A DNA stretch of 64,000 nucleotides from an uncultured Rhodospirillaceae bacterium (GTDB lineage Bacteria; Pseudomonadota; Alphaproteobacteria; SP197). Where the stretch lies: NCBI GenBank assembly GCA_964530335.1, contig CAZGYG010000005.1, positions 2,255 through 66,254 of the forward strand, given 5' to 3'. Shown here piece by piece: positions 9,818-19,268 of the stretch; positions within the stretch are counted from its first letter, which is position 1, and every line of letters begins with the position of its first letter. A program made the translations under genes and the position numbers. Below the pieces are notes generated by a model. It was not told the origin of the DNA. It did not search any database and worked only from the letters and a program-made list of their open reading frames with translations.

Positions 9818-10977
9818 GCGGCGGCCCTGCCCGGCAGCAGCCGGCGGTGTTCGGCGTGGGCGAAATTGTCGGTCATGCCGGCGATGTAGTCGGCGATGCT
9901 GCGCGGCAACCCCTCGCCGCCGCCGTGCGCCGCGCGCCACGCCTCGGGAAGGAGTGCCGGATCGGCCAGGAACCAGGCGAAAAGATCGCTCACGACGGCC
10001 TTCGCCTGGTCCTGCATGGCGACGACCTCCGGGTGCCGGTACATGCGGGCGTAGAGGAAGGCCTTGAGCTCGGCGTTCGCCCTGGTCACCTCGGCGGAGA
10101 ACGCCACCAAAGCCTCGCCGAACCCACGAACCTCGGCGGCGGACATGGGTGGCCGCGCCGCGACCTTGGCCCGCGTGGCGGCGAGCACGTCGCCGACCAT
10201 GGCGTCGATCATGCGCCGCACCGCCTCGTGGACCGCGCGCTGGATCTCGAGGCCTGGCCAGCGCCGCGCGACCTCGGCGAAAGCGACACCGGCCAAGGGC
10301 ACTGCGGCGAGCGCCGGGATCGTCAGCAGGCCGGAGCGGATGCCATCGTCGATGTCATGGCAGTGATAAGCGATATCGTCCGCCAAACCAGCCACTTGCG
10401 CCTCGGCGCTCGGGTAGAGGTCGAGCTCGAGGTCCTGGGGATACGCGGCGATCGACGCCGGCACCGCGCCACGGCAGGGCCCGTTGTGCTTGACCAGCCC
10501 TTCGAGCGCCTCCCACGTCAGGTTGAGGCCGTCGAACTCGGCATAACGGGCCTCGAGCGCCGTGACGATGCGGAAAGCCTGTTCGTTGTGGTCGAAACCG
10601 CCGTAGGGCGCCATGGCGGCGTCGAGCGCGTGCTCGCCGGCGTGGCCGAACGGCGGATGTCCCAGGTCGTGGGCCAGGGCGACCGCCTCGACCAGGTCCT
10701 CGTCCAGGCCCAGAGCGCGGCCGATCGAACGGGCGATCTGCGCCACTTCCAGGCTGTGGGTCAGCCGGGTGCGGTAGTGGTCGCCGTCCGGCTGGACGAA
10801 CACCTGGGTCTTGTGCTTCAGGCGGCGGAACGCCGTGGAATGGACGATGCGGTCGCGATCGCGCTGAAACGGGGTGCGGGTCGCGCTCGGGGTTTCGGGG
10901 TGAAGCCGGCCCCGGCTATACTCCGGGCGGCACGCGAACGCCGCATGGCCATGCCCGGCTGGCGGCTCGTGCGTCAT
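9814..10977 (-). CDS. dgt: Deoxyguanosinetriphosphate triphosphohydrolase
   Basis: [50 protein letters not shown]. Confidence 0.95.
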   Translation of the reverse strand: MTHEPPAGHGHAAFACRPEYSRGRLHPETPSATRTPFQRDRDRIVHSTAFRRLKHKTQVFVQPDGDHYRTRLTHSLEVAQIARSIGRALGLDEDLVEAVALAHDLGHPPFGHAGEHALDAAMAPYGGFDHNEQAFRIVTALEARYAEFDGLNLTWEALEGLVKHNGPCRGAVPASIAAYPQDLELDLYPSAEAQVAGLADDIAYHCHDIDDGIRSGLLTIPALAAVPLAGVAFAEVARRWPGLEIQRAVHEAVRRMIDAMVGDVLAATRAKVAARPPMSAAEVRGFGEALVAFSAEVTRANAELKAFLYARMYRHPEVVAMQDQAKAVVSDLFAWFLADPALLPEAWRAAHGGGEGLPRSIADYIAGMTDNFAHAEHRRLLPGRAAA

Positions 10978-11110
10978 GGCCCAAGCTACTCTCGGGCCCG
11001 GGCAGGGCGCAACGGTACGGACTTTCCGCCGCCGGCGGGAAATTGACAAATCGCCGCGCAACCCTAGATTCTATAAGATGGATTCGGAACGGCGACGACA
11101 GGACCAAGGG

Positions 11111-11458
11111 ATGAGCACGGAAGCGACGCCCGCCCCGATCTCGATGACCGAGAACGCGGCCAAGCGAATCGTCGATCTGGTGTCCCGCGAGGGCAGCCCG
11201 GAAACGCGCCTGCGCATCCTGGTCGAAGGCGGCGGCTGTTCCGGTTTCCAATACATCTTCAAGCTCGACGCCGCGCGCGATCCGACCGATCTGTTGATCG
11301 AGCGGGGCGGCGCCGAGGTCGTGGTCGACGCCATATCGCTGCCCATGATGTTCGGGCTCGAGCTCGACTGGGTCGAAGCCCTCGAAGGCGCCCACTTCGC
11401 GGTCAAGAATCCGAACGCCACGGCGTCGTGCAGCTGCGGCAATTCGTTCGCGATTTAA
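11111..11458 (+). CDS. erpA: Iron-sulfur cluster insertion protein ErpA (A-type carrier)
   Basis: VEGGGCSGFQY and NPNATASCSCGNSF; divergent from dgt as is usual in Alphaproteobacteria. Confidence 0.92.
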   Translation: MSTEATPAPISMTENAAKRIVDLVSREGSPETRLRILVEGGGCSGFQYIFKLDAARDPTDLLIERGGAEVVVDAISLPMMFGLELDWVEALEGAHFAVKNPNATASCSCGNSFAI

Positions 11459-11478
11459 CCGGCGCGATTTAACCGGCC

Positions 11479-12291
11479 TCAGCGGGCCCGGCGGCGCACC
11501 AGCCACTGGGCGCCCAGCAGCAACGTCAGCGAGAACGCCAGGACCACGGTGGCGATGGCGTTGATTTCCGGCGTCACGCCCCGGCGGATCGAGGAAAAGA
11601 CATAGATCGGCAGCGTCGTCTCCGATCCGGCGACGAAGAAGGCGATCACGAAGTCGTCGAAGCTGAACGTGAAGCTCAGCAGGAACCCGGCGACGATGGC
11701 GGGCGCGAGTTGGGGCAGCGTCACCTGCCGGAACGCGCCCCACGGCGTCGCGTAGAGATCGCCGGCGGCGTCGACCAGGGTGCGGTCCATGCCGTGCAGG
11801 CGCGCGCGCACGATGACGATCACGAGCGCGGTCGCGAACAGCGAATGGGCGGCGATGACCGAGACGAGCCCCAGCCCGAGCGCCGGCGCCTGCTCGGTCG
11901 GCCCGGGCCACAGGCTGGCCAGCACCGGGTTGATCGCGTCGAACACGGTGACGAGCGCGATCAGCGTCGCGATGCCGATGACGATTCCCGGCACCATGAG
12001 GGCGACGTAGGTGAGCGAATCGAAGGCGACCCTGAGCGCCCCCCGGACACGCTGCAACCCGAGCGCCGCCATGGTGCCGGCGCCGGTGGCGAACGCGGCG
12101 CTGGTCAGCGCGATGATCAGGCTGGTGCCGAGCGCCTCGGTCACGAACGGGTTGGTCGCCGCCGTGGCGTACCACTGGACCGAGAGACCGCGCAGCTCGC
12201 TCGCGTGGCGGCCCGCGGTGAAGCTGAACAGCACGATGATCCCGATCGGCAGGTAAAGGAACAGGTAGGCCGCGGCGGCGTAGGCGCGCAT
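11479..12291 (-). CDS. Polyamine-type ABC transporter permease (PotC/PotI-like)
   Basis: YLFLYLPI, FSFDDFVI, TTLPIYVFSSIRRGVTPEINAIAT. Confidence 0.9.
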   Translation of the reverse strand: MRAYAAAAYLFLYLPIGIIVLFSFTAGRHASELRGLSVQWYATAATNPFVTEALGTSLIIALTSAAFATGAGTMAALGLQRVRGALRVAFDSLTYVALMVPGIVIGIATLIALVTVFDAINPVLASLWPGPTEQAPALGLGLVSVIAAHSLFATALVIVIVRARLHGMDRTLVDAAGDLYATPWGAFRQVTLPQLAPAIVAGFLLSFTFSFDDFVIAFFVAGSETTLPIYVFSSIRRGVTPEINAIATVVLAFSLTLLLGAQWLVRRRAR

Positions 12292-12294
12292 GGC

Positions 12295-13158
12295 TCACAG
12301 CACCGCGTCTTGCCGCGCCAGCGGATTGCGCAGCGTGAGCCGCAAGTAGAGCGTCACCACCACCAGCATCACGCCGACCAGCGTGAGCGCCACGGCCGCC
12401 CCGTACGGCCAGTTGCGCGATTGCAGGAACAGATCGACCAGCGCGTTGCCGACGAAGTACACCTTGCCGCCGCCGAGCAGGGCCGGGATCAGGTATTCGC
12501 CCATCAAGAGGATGAACACGAGCATGCAGCCCGTCACGATGCCCGGCGCCGACAGCGGCAGGGTCACGCGCAGGAACCGCGCGAAGGGGCCGGCGCCGAG
12601 GTCGCTCGCGGCCTCGAGCAGGCGCTTGTCGAGCCGCTCGAGGCTGACGTAAATCGGAAACACCATGAGCGGCAGGTAGCCGTAGGCGATGCCGACCAGG
12701 ACCGCGCCAGGCGTGTTGATGAGCCGCACCTCGTCCAGGCCGAAGACGGCGAGCAGTGCCGGAATGCCCCGGCCGCCAAGCAGGAAAATCCAGGCGTAGG
12801 TGCGGATCAGGAAGCTCGTCCAGAACGGCAGAATGACGAGCACCAGCAGCGTCATACGCCAGCGATCGCTCGCGCGCACGGCCAGGAAGTACGCCAGCGG
12901 ATAAGCGATGACGAGGCACAGGATCGTGCCGACCGGGGCCATGATCAGGGTGTTGCGAAACGCGGCCCAGCGCGCCGGCAGGTTGGCGAACTGGGCGAGC
13001 GTGATGGCCGGCGCGTAGCCGCCGGCCGGCGCGCGCTCGCCCAGGCTGAACACCAGGACGACGATCAGGGGCAGGATCAGCAGAACCAGGTAGCACGCGC
13101 CCGTCGGCGCGAGCAGCAGCGCCGTCACCAGTCGTCGGGGTCGCGTCGATCCGTTCAT
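12295..13158 (-). CDS. Polyamine-type ABC transporter permease (PotB/PotH-like)
   Basis: LPFWTSFLIRTYAW, YLPLMVFPIY, EAASDLGA loop, NWPYGAA. Confidence 0.9.
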   Translation of the reverse strand: MNGSTRPRRLVTALLLAPTGACYLVLLILPLIVVLVFSLGERAPAGGYAPAITLAQFANLPARWAAFRNTLIMAPVGTILCLVIAYPLAYFLAVRASDRWRMTLLVLVILPFWTSFLIRTYAWIFLLGGRGIPALLAVFGLDEVRLINTPGAVLVGIAYGYLPLMVFPIYVSLERLDKRLLEAASDLGAGPFARFLRVTLPLSAPGIVTGCMLVFILLMGEYLIPALLGGGKVYFVGNALVDLFLQSRNWPYGAAVALTLVGVMLVVVTLYLRLTLRNPLARQDAVL

Positions 13159-13175
13159 GGCACTACAGGGGGCCG

Positions 13176-13208
13176 CGGCACGGCAGGGCGCGAAGCCCCG
13201 CCGTGCCG
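13176..13208 (-). other. Intercistronic stem-loop directly after the substrate-binding protein gene
   Basis: cggcacggc...gccgtgccg with an inner gggc/gccc pairing. Confidence 0.55.
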
Positions 13209-13217
13209 TCGCTTTGT

Positions 13218-14360
13218 TCAGGCCGACTTGAACTCGGCCATGATCTCGGCCCGGAGCGGATCGGTCAGCGTCACCGCCGCGCCGAACTCGAGCGGCGCCA
13301 GTAGCTCCGCCGCCGGATACATGATTTCGTTATCCAGCAACTCCTTGGGCAACAGCTCGTTGGTTCGCCCATCGGTCGACGGGTACCCGTGGGCCAACAC
13401 CTCCTTGGCGTTGACCGCGGGCGTCTGCAGGAAGTCGATCAGCGCGTAGGCCGCGTCGCGGTGCGGCGCGCCCTTGGGCACGGCGTAGAAATCGGTCCAG
13501 ATCTCGCCGCCTTCGCGGCCAATAATGTACTTGATCTCGGGCATGTCGCGGTTGAGCTGGATGCCGTCGCCGGTCCAGCACACCGACAGCCAGGCATCGC
13601 CGCTGCGCATCGACGGCTGGTAGTCGCTGGTGATGGCGAACAGGTGCGGCTTGGCCTTGAGCAGCAGGTCGCGCGCGTCGCCCAGCTCCTTCTCGTCCAC
13701 CGAGTTGAACGAGTAGCCGTAGTACTTGAGCGCGTTGCCGATGGTCGTGAGCTGGTAGTCGTGGACCATGGCGCGCCCCGAGTACTTGTCCATCGACAGG
13801 TCCCAGAACTGCTTCCAGGTCGTCATGTCGTCGGTGACCTGCGCGGTGTTCACCACGTAGCCGGTGGTGCCCCAGTCCTTGGGCACGGCGTAGATCGTGC
13901 CGTTGACCGATCCCGCCGCGGTGAAGCGGGTGTCGTGGGCGCTGGCGTCGAAGTTGGGCAGCAAGGCGAGGTCGAGGGGCTCGATGATGTCGAGCTCGAC
14001 GTAGGTCGAGATCGTGTAGTTGGTCGGCACGAACACGTCCCAGCCGGTGCCGCCCGCCTGGAGCTTCGCCAGCATCTCCTCGTTCGAGCCGAACACGTTG
14101 ACCTGGACGGCGGCGCCGGTATTGGCGGCGAAGGTCTCGAAGTTGGCCGGGTCGTGGTAGTTGGGCCAGGTGGCGAGCGCGACGCGGTCGCCGATGTTGC
14201 CCGCCCTGGCCGGCCTGGGCTTGAGCCAAGGTATCGCGGTCCCGAGCGTCGCCGCCGCCAGGCCGAGCCCGGTCGTGCCGAGGAAGTGCCGGCGCGAGAT
14301 CGACCCCTTCTGGTAGCGGCGAAGGGCGCCGAGGAACGCGCTTCTCGAAATCGACTGCAT
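13218..14360 (-). CDS. Polyamine-type ABC transporter substrate-binding protein (PotD/PotF-like) with Tat signal
   Basis: SRRHFLG twin-arginine motif, TWPNY, SNEEMLAKL, WGTTG, EGGEIWTD. Confidence 0.9.
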   Translation of the reverse strand: MQSISRSAFLGALRRYQKGSISRRHFLGTTGLGLAAATLGTAIPWLKPRPARAGNIGDRVALATWPNYHDPANFETFAANTGAAVQVNVFGSNEEMLAKLQAGGTGWDVFVPTNYTISTYVELDIIEPLDLALLPNFDASAHDTRFTAAGSVNGTIYAVPKDWGTTGYVVNTAQVTDDMTTWKQFWDLSMDKYSGRAMVHDYQLTTIGNALKYYGYSFNSVDEKELGDARDLLLKAKPHLFAITSDYQPSMRSGDAWLSVCWTGDGIQLNRDMPEIKYIIGREGGEIWTDFYAVPKGAPHRDAAYALIDFLQTPAVNAKEVLAHGYPSTDGRTNELLPKELLDNEIMYPAAELLAPLEFGAAVTLTDPLRAEIMAEFKSA

Positions 14361-14447
14361 GATTTCCTCCCTGTCTTGGCGGGCCTGGCGCCGCCACGAG
14401 TCCAGAATCGAAGGGCGCCGGCCAGGACGGCGCCAGAGTTAATACGC

Positions 14448-15584
14448 TCAGCGATCGCGCAAGGCGAGCCCCCAGTCGTGACGCCAACCCACGGCGACGT
14501 CCGTGCCCACCGCGAAGTCCGACTCATTCCCCGCGGTCTTCGGGACGCGCACGAGGATCTTGCCCAGCCGGTCGGTGTCGACGCTGTAGTCGGTCTGCTC
14601 GCCCAGGTAAATCCGGTTGACCACCTTGCCGTCGAGCACGACGTCGAGGTCCTGACCCGCGAGCCCGCCCGGCGCGCCGATGCGCATGACCTCGGGGCGA
14701 ACCGCGATGACCGCCTCGGCGGCCCCGTTAAGCCCGTCCGCGCGGCGCGGATAAGGGGCGCTCAGCACCACGTCGCCCGCGGTCCTGAGCGTCGCGCCGT
14801 CGGCGCGCGCCTGGACCACGGCGCCGGCGAAGAAGTTGCTCTCGCCGACGAAGTCGGCGACGTAGCGATCGACCGGGGCGTCGTAGAGCTCGGCGGGGGA
14901 GCCCATCTGGACGATGCGGCCCTGGCGCATGATCGCGATGGTGTCGCTCATCGACAGGGCTTCCTCCTGGTCGTGCGTGACCAGAACGAACGTGATCCCG
15001 ACTTCCCGTTGCAGTGATTGCAGCTCCATCTGCATGTCCCGGCGCAGCTTGCGGTCGAGCGCGGCCAGCGGCTCGTCGAGCAGCAGAACCGTCGGCCGGT
15101 TGACCAGCGCGCGGGCCAGCGCGACCCGCTGCTGCTGGCCGCCCGACAGTTCCCAGATGCGGCGCGGCCCATAGCCTGCGAGGCGCACGAGCGCGAGCGC
15201 GTCGCCGACGCTCCGCGCGATCTCGGTGGCTGGGGGCGCGGGGCGGCGCTGGCGCAGGCCGAACGCGATGTTGGCCGCGACGTCGAGGTGCGGAAACAGC
15301 GCGTAGTGCTGGAACACCATGTTGATGGGGCGACGGTGCGGCGGCACGTCGTTGACCATCTGGGCGCCGATCCATACCTGGCCCATGGACGGAGTCTCGA
15401 ACCCCGCGGCGAGGCGCAGCAGCGTCGTCTTGCCGCAGCCCGACGGCCCGAGCAGCGACGTGAACGATCCCTTGGCGACGGCGAGGGATACGGCATCCAC
15501 CGCCCTCACGTCGCCGAAATGCTTGCTGACCTCGTGAAAGGCGAGGTCCGGTTGCTCCGCGCCCGACGTCGAGGACTGGCCCAT
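14448..15584 (-). CDS. Polyamine-type ABC transporter ATP-binding protein (PotA/PotG-like)
   Basis: [52 protein letters not shown]. Confidence 0.92.
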   Translation of the reverse strand: MGQSSTSGAEQPDLAFHEVSKHFGDVRAVDAVSLAVAKGSFTSLLGPSGCGKTTLLRLAAGFETPSMGQVWIGAQMVNDVPPHRRPINMVFQHYALFPHLDVAANIAFGLRQRRPAPPATEIARSVGDALALVRLAGYGPRRIWELSGGQQQRVALARALVNRPTVLLLDEPLAALDRKLRRDMQMELQSLQREVGITFVLVTHDQEEALSMSDTIAIMRQGRIVQMGSPAELYDAPVDRYVADFVGESNFFAGAVVQARADGATLRTAGDVVLSAPYPRRADGLNGAAEAVIAVRPEVMRIGAPGGLAGQDLDVVLDGKVVNRIYLGEQTDYSVDTDRLGKILVRVPKTAGNESDFAVGTDVAVGWRHDWGLALRDR

Positions 15585-15679
15585 AGGCACAAGTTATCAC
15601 GCCCCGGCGCTGGAACAACGACGGCCCGCCACTCATACCAGTGGTCATAGACGATGACTTGGCTGTCGCTATCTGTTCC

Positions 15680-15848
15680 GTCGTCGCGAGGGAGCGGAGC
15701 GACCTTCCTTCGCCCGCCGAAGCGTAGAGTCGCTGCTACGATGCGTAAAGGCGGGCTTCGCGAAGGCGGGCCGTGGCGACCCAGGGCCACCGCACGAGCC
15801 CTTGCCGCCCTGGATGGCCACGGTGGCCTTAGGCCACCTCGCCATGAC
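15680..15848. repeat. Composite palindromic REP-like element with a second palindrome nested inside
   Basis: Outer gtcgtcgcgag...ccaggg/ccctgg...ctcgccatgac resembles 55616-55716; inner cccgccgaagc...gcttcgcgaaggcggg. Confidence 0.65.
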
Positions 15849-15920
15849 AAGATCGGTGTGTGGGAGTCAGCCCCAGTGTCCACTGGTTTCAGGCAATCCC
15901 CAGGGCGCCGCGCGGACGGA

Positions 15921-16694
15921 ATGAAGATCGCCACCTGGAACGTCAATTCGGTGCGTGCCCGGCTGCCCCGGGTGCTCGAGTGGCTCGGCCAGGCACGGCC
16001 CGACGTGGCGCTTTTCCAGGAGATCAAGTGCGTCGACGAGGCGTTCCCGGCGGAGCCGATCGAGGAGCTCGGCTACAACGTCGCCGTAAGAGGCCAGAAG
16101 ACGTACCACGGCGTCGCGATCCTGAGCACGAGCCCAATCGAGGTGCTGGCGCGCGACCTGCCCGGCGACCCGGCCGACCAGGAAGCGCGCTATCTCGAGG
16201 CGTTCACCGCCGGCGTCCGGGTCGCTTCGGTCTACGTGCCCCAGGGGCAGCAGGTCGGCGGCGATCGGTTCGCCTACAAGCTCGGGTTCCTCGACCGGCT
16301 CCGCGCCCACGTGCGCGCGCTGCTGGCGGAGGAGGACGCGTTCGTCGTCGGCGGCGATCTCAACGTCGCGCCCAACGACGACGATGTCTACGACGCGGAA
16401 CGGCTGGATGGCGAGGTCTGCTTCCACCCCGACGAACGGGCGCGATTGCGCGCGATCCTCCACCTGGGCGTGACCGACGCAATTCACGCCCGGCACCCGG
16501 AGGCCGGCAACTTCACGTTCTGGGACTACCGCTCGGGCGCCTGGACCAAGAACCACGGTTGGCGCATCGACCACCTGCTGCTGTCGCCCAAGGCGGCGGA
16601 CCGGCTCGACGACGCCGGAATCGACCGGGCGCCTCGGGGGCTCGAAGGCTGCTCGGACCATGTGCCGGTATGGTGCGCGCTCAGCGACGGCTAG
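15921..16694 (+). CDS. xth: Exodeoxyribonuclease III
   Basis: MKIATWNVNSVRAR, QEIK, GDLN, FWDYR, RIDHLL, SDHVP. Confidence 0.96.
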   Translation: MKIATWNVNSVRARLPRVLEWLGQARPDVALFQEIKCVDEAFPAEPIEELGYNVAVRGQKTYHGVAILSTSPIEVLARDLPGDPADQEARYLEAFTAGVRVASVYVPQGQQVGGDRFAYKLGFLDRLRAHVRALLAEEDAFVVGGDLNVAPNDDDVYDAERLDGEVCFHPDERARLRAILHLGVTDAIHARHPEAGNFTFWDYRSGAWTKNHGWRIDHLLLSPKAADRLDDAGIDRAPRGLEGCSDHVPVWCALSDG

Positions 16695-16726
16695 GCGGCG
16701 TTTCCCGCCGAAATCCAGAAAACCCC

Positions 16727-16755
16727 TTGCATGGGCCAAACGGCGTGGCCATGAT
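16727..16755 (+). promoter_or_regulatory. Candidate sigma70-type promoter of the cold-shock gene
   Basis: TTGCAT-N17-CATGAT; implies a 5' leader of about 120 nt. Confidence 0.45.
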
Positions 16756-16879
16756 CGGGTCGTTCCGGCCGGTGCCGGTTGCCTGCGACCGAGGCCCAGC
16801 GGCGTTCCGAGCTCGCAAGGATCTGGAGCGCGCCGTTGGCGTCGCGACGTGTTGACGGTCACGAAGGTCCCTTTCGAAA

Positions 16880-17383
16880 ATGGCTTATCAAGATCCCCCG
16901 GAAGACGATGGCGGCCAAGGAGTAGTCGTCAGCGGCAAGGTCAAGTGGTTTCGCGCCGACAAGGGCTACGGCTTCATCACGCCCGACGACAATTCCGGCG
17001 ACATCTTCCTGCACGTGTCGGTGCTCAAGCGTCGGAACATCCAGGACGTACCCCAGGGCTCGACGGTTTCCTGCGAGGTCGTAGCGGGACAGAAGGGCCG
17101 GCAGGTAAGCCGTCTCATCGACCTGGACACCAGTACCGCCACGGCCACGCCGCCGCGCCGACCGCGCGAGGGCGGCTTCGACCGCGATTCTCGCCCGCGC
17201 GGCGATGGCCCGCCGCGCTTCAGCGATCGCGGCCCGGGGCGCTGGCAGGGCGGTGGCGGCAGCGACGGCCCGCCACGCTCCGGCGGCGACGATCGGCCAA
17301 CCATCGGCGGCGACGATCGGCCGCGCCGCGACCACCGGCCGGGCGATCGGCCAGGCGGCTTCCGCGACGACGAGAAGCGTTGA
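16880..17383 (+). CDS. Cold-shock domain protein with a low-complexity G/D/R/P-rich C-terminal tail
   Basis: GKVKWFRADKGYGFI (RNP1) and DIFLH (RNP2); tail contains GGDDRP repeats. Confidence 0.9.
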   Translation: MAYQDPPEDDGGQGVVVSGKVKWFRADKGYGFITPDDNSGDIFLHVSVLKRRNIQDVPQGSTVSCEVVAGQKGRQVSRLIDLDTSTATATPPRRPREGGFDRDSRPRGDGPPRFSDRGPGRWQGGGGSDGPPRSGGDDRPTIGGDDRPRRDHRPGDRPGGFRDDEKR

Positions 17384-17399
17384 CGCGAGTTTCGGCGCC

Positions 17400-19142
17400 T
17401 CAAATATCGGCGTAGATGTGCGTCTCGGCGTAGGCGCCGGGATGGGTGACGGCGCCGTTGAGCGCGTTGCCCACGGTTTGCGCGTACTTCCAGAGCGTGC
17501 CGGAGGCGAAGTCCGTGGGCCTCGGGCGCCATGACTTGCGCCGCTTGGCGAGCTCGGCCGCGCCGAGGTCCACGTCGAGCCGCCCCTTGGCAGCGTCCAG
17601 GGTGATGACGTCGCCGTCGCGCAAGAGGCCGATCGGGCCGCCCAGTTGCGCCTCGGGCCCGACGTGGCCGACGCAGAAGCCCCGTGTCGCGCCGGAGAAC
17701 CGGCCGTCGGTAATGAGCGCCACCTTCGCGCCCATGCCCTGGCCGTAGATGGCCGCCGTGGTCGCCAACATCTCGCGCATGCCGGGGCCGCCGCGCGGGC
17801 CTTCGTAACGGATGACGATCACCTCGCCCGCTTTGTAGCGGCGCTTGCTCACGGCGGCGAACGCCGCCTCCTCGCTGTCGAAGCAGCGCGCCGGGCCGGT
17901 GAACCGGAGGGACTTCAAGCCAGCGACTTTCACGATCGCGCCTTCGGGCGCCAGGTTGCCCTTGAGCCCGACCAAGCTGCCGGTCGGCGACAGCGGGTTC
18001 GAGCAAGGCCGGATCACCTCCTGGTCCCGGCGGAGCGCGACGCCCCTCAGGTTCTCCGCCATGGTCTTGCCCGTGACGGTCAGTGTATCGCCGTGCAGGA
18101 ACCCGCCGTCGAGCATCGCCTTGAGCAGCGCGGGCACCCCGCCCGCCTCGAACATGTCCTTGGCGACGAAGCGTCCGGCCGGCTTGAGGTCGGCCAGATA
18201 AGGCGTGCGCCGGAACACCTTGGCCACGTCGTGCAGGTCGAACTTGATGCCGCACTCGTGCGCGATCGCCGGCAGGTGCAGCGCCGCGTTGGTCGAGCCG
18301 CCGGTGGCCGCGACCACCGCAGCCGCGTTCTCGAGCGCCGCGCGGGTCACGATGTCGCGCGGGCGGATGTCGCGACGCAGCAGGTTCATCACCGCCTTGC
18401 CCGACGCCGCGGCGTAGATGTCGCGGTATTCGTAGGGCGCCGGCGCGCCGGCCGAATAGGGCAGCGCCAGACCGATCGCCTCCGAGACGCACGCCATGGT
18501 GTTGGCCGTGAACTGGCCGCCGCACGACCCGGCGGACGGGCAAGCGACCTGCTCCATGGCATGGAGCTCGCGCGTCGTGATCTGGCCGGCCTGGTGCCGG
18601 CCGACCGCCTCGAACATGTCCTGCACGGTGATGTCGCGGCCCTTGTAGCGCCCCGGCAGGATCGAGCCGCCGTACATGAACACCGCCGGCACGTTGAGCC
18701 GCACCATGGCCATCATCAGCCCCGGCAGGGACTTGTCGCAGCCGGCGAGACCGACCAGCGCGTCGTAGCAGTGCCCGCGCATGGTCAGCTCGACCGAATC
18801 GGCGATGATCTCGCGGCTGACCAGCGACGCCTTCATGCCCTGGTGGCCCATGGCGATGCCGTCGGTCACGGTGATCGTGGTGAACTCGCGCGGCGTGCCG
18901 CCGGCGCTCGCGACACCCTTCTTGACCACCTGCGCCTGGCGCCCCAGCGCGATGTTGCACGGCGCCGCCTCGTTCCACGTGGTCACGACGCCGACGAACG
19001 GCTGGGCGATGTCGGCCTCGGACAGCCCCATGGCGTAGTAGTACGAGCGGTGCGGCGCCCGCGTCGGGCCCACCGAGACGTGCCGGCTGGGCAGCTTCGA
19101 GCGGTCGAACGGCCTGCGCGGGCGGGCCTTGGCCTTGGCCAT
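17400..19142 (-). CDS. ilvD: Dihydroxy-acid dehydratase
   Basis: [57 protein letters not shown]. Confidence 0.97.
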   Translation of the reverse strand: MAKAKARPRRPFDRSKLPSRHVSVGPTRAPHRSYYYAMGLSEADIAQPFVGVVTTWNEAAPCNIALGRQAQVVKKGVASAGGTPREFTTITVTDGIAMGHQGMKASLVSREIIADSVELTMRGHCYDALVGLAGCDKSLPGLMMAMVRLNVPAVFMYGGSILPGRYKGRDITVQDMFEAVGRHQAGQITTRELHAMEQVACPSAGSCGGQFTANTMACVSEAIGLALPYSAGAPAPYEYRDIYAAASGKAVMNLLRRDIRPRDIVTRAALENAAAVVAATGGSTNAALHLPAIAHECGIKFDLHDVAKVFRRTPYLADLKPAGRFVAKDMFEAGGVPALLKAMLDGGFLHGDTLTVTGKTMAENLRGVALRRDQEVIRPCSNPLSPTGSLVGLKGNLAPEGAIVKVAGLKSLRFTGPARCFDSEEAAFAAVSKRRYKAGEVIVIRYEGPRGGPGMREMLATTAAIYGQGMGAKVALITDGRFSGATRGFCVGHVGPEAQLGGPIGLLRDGDVITLDAAKGRLDVDLGAAELAKRRKSWRPRPTDFASGTLWKYAQTVGNALNGAVTHPGAYAETHIYADI

Positions 19143-19268
19143 TTCGGAGTCCTCGCGGTTCCCGACGATCGAGGGCGCGAGAATATGCGGCGGCCGCGCG
19201 CCACCGCAAGGCGTTGGCGGGCGCGCGCCGGCCGGTTACGCTCGGCCAACGGCAGCGGGGAAAGAGCC

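Noticed and set aside
17646-19268. Apparent 929-aa protein fusing an unknown domain to the enolase-family enzyme
   Set aside because: The upstream part is antisense to ilvD; the real start is ATG 19269
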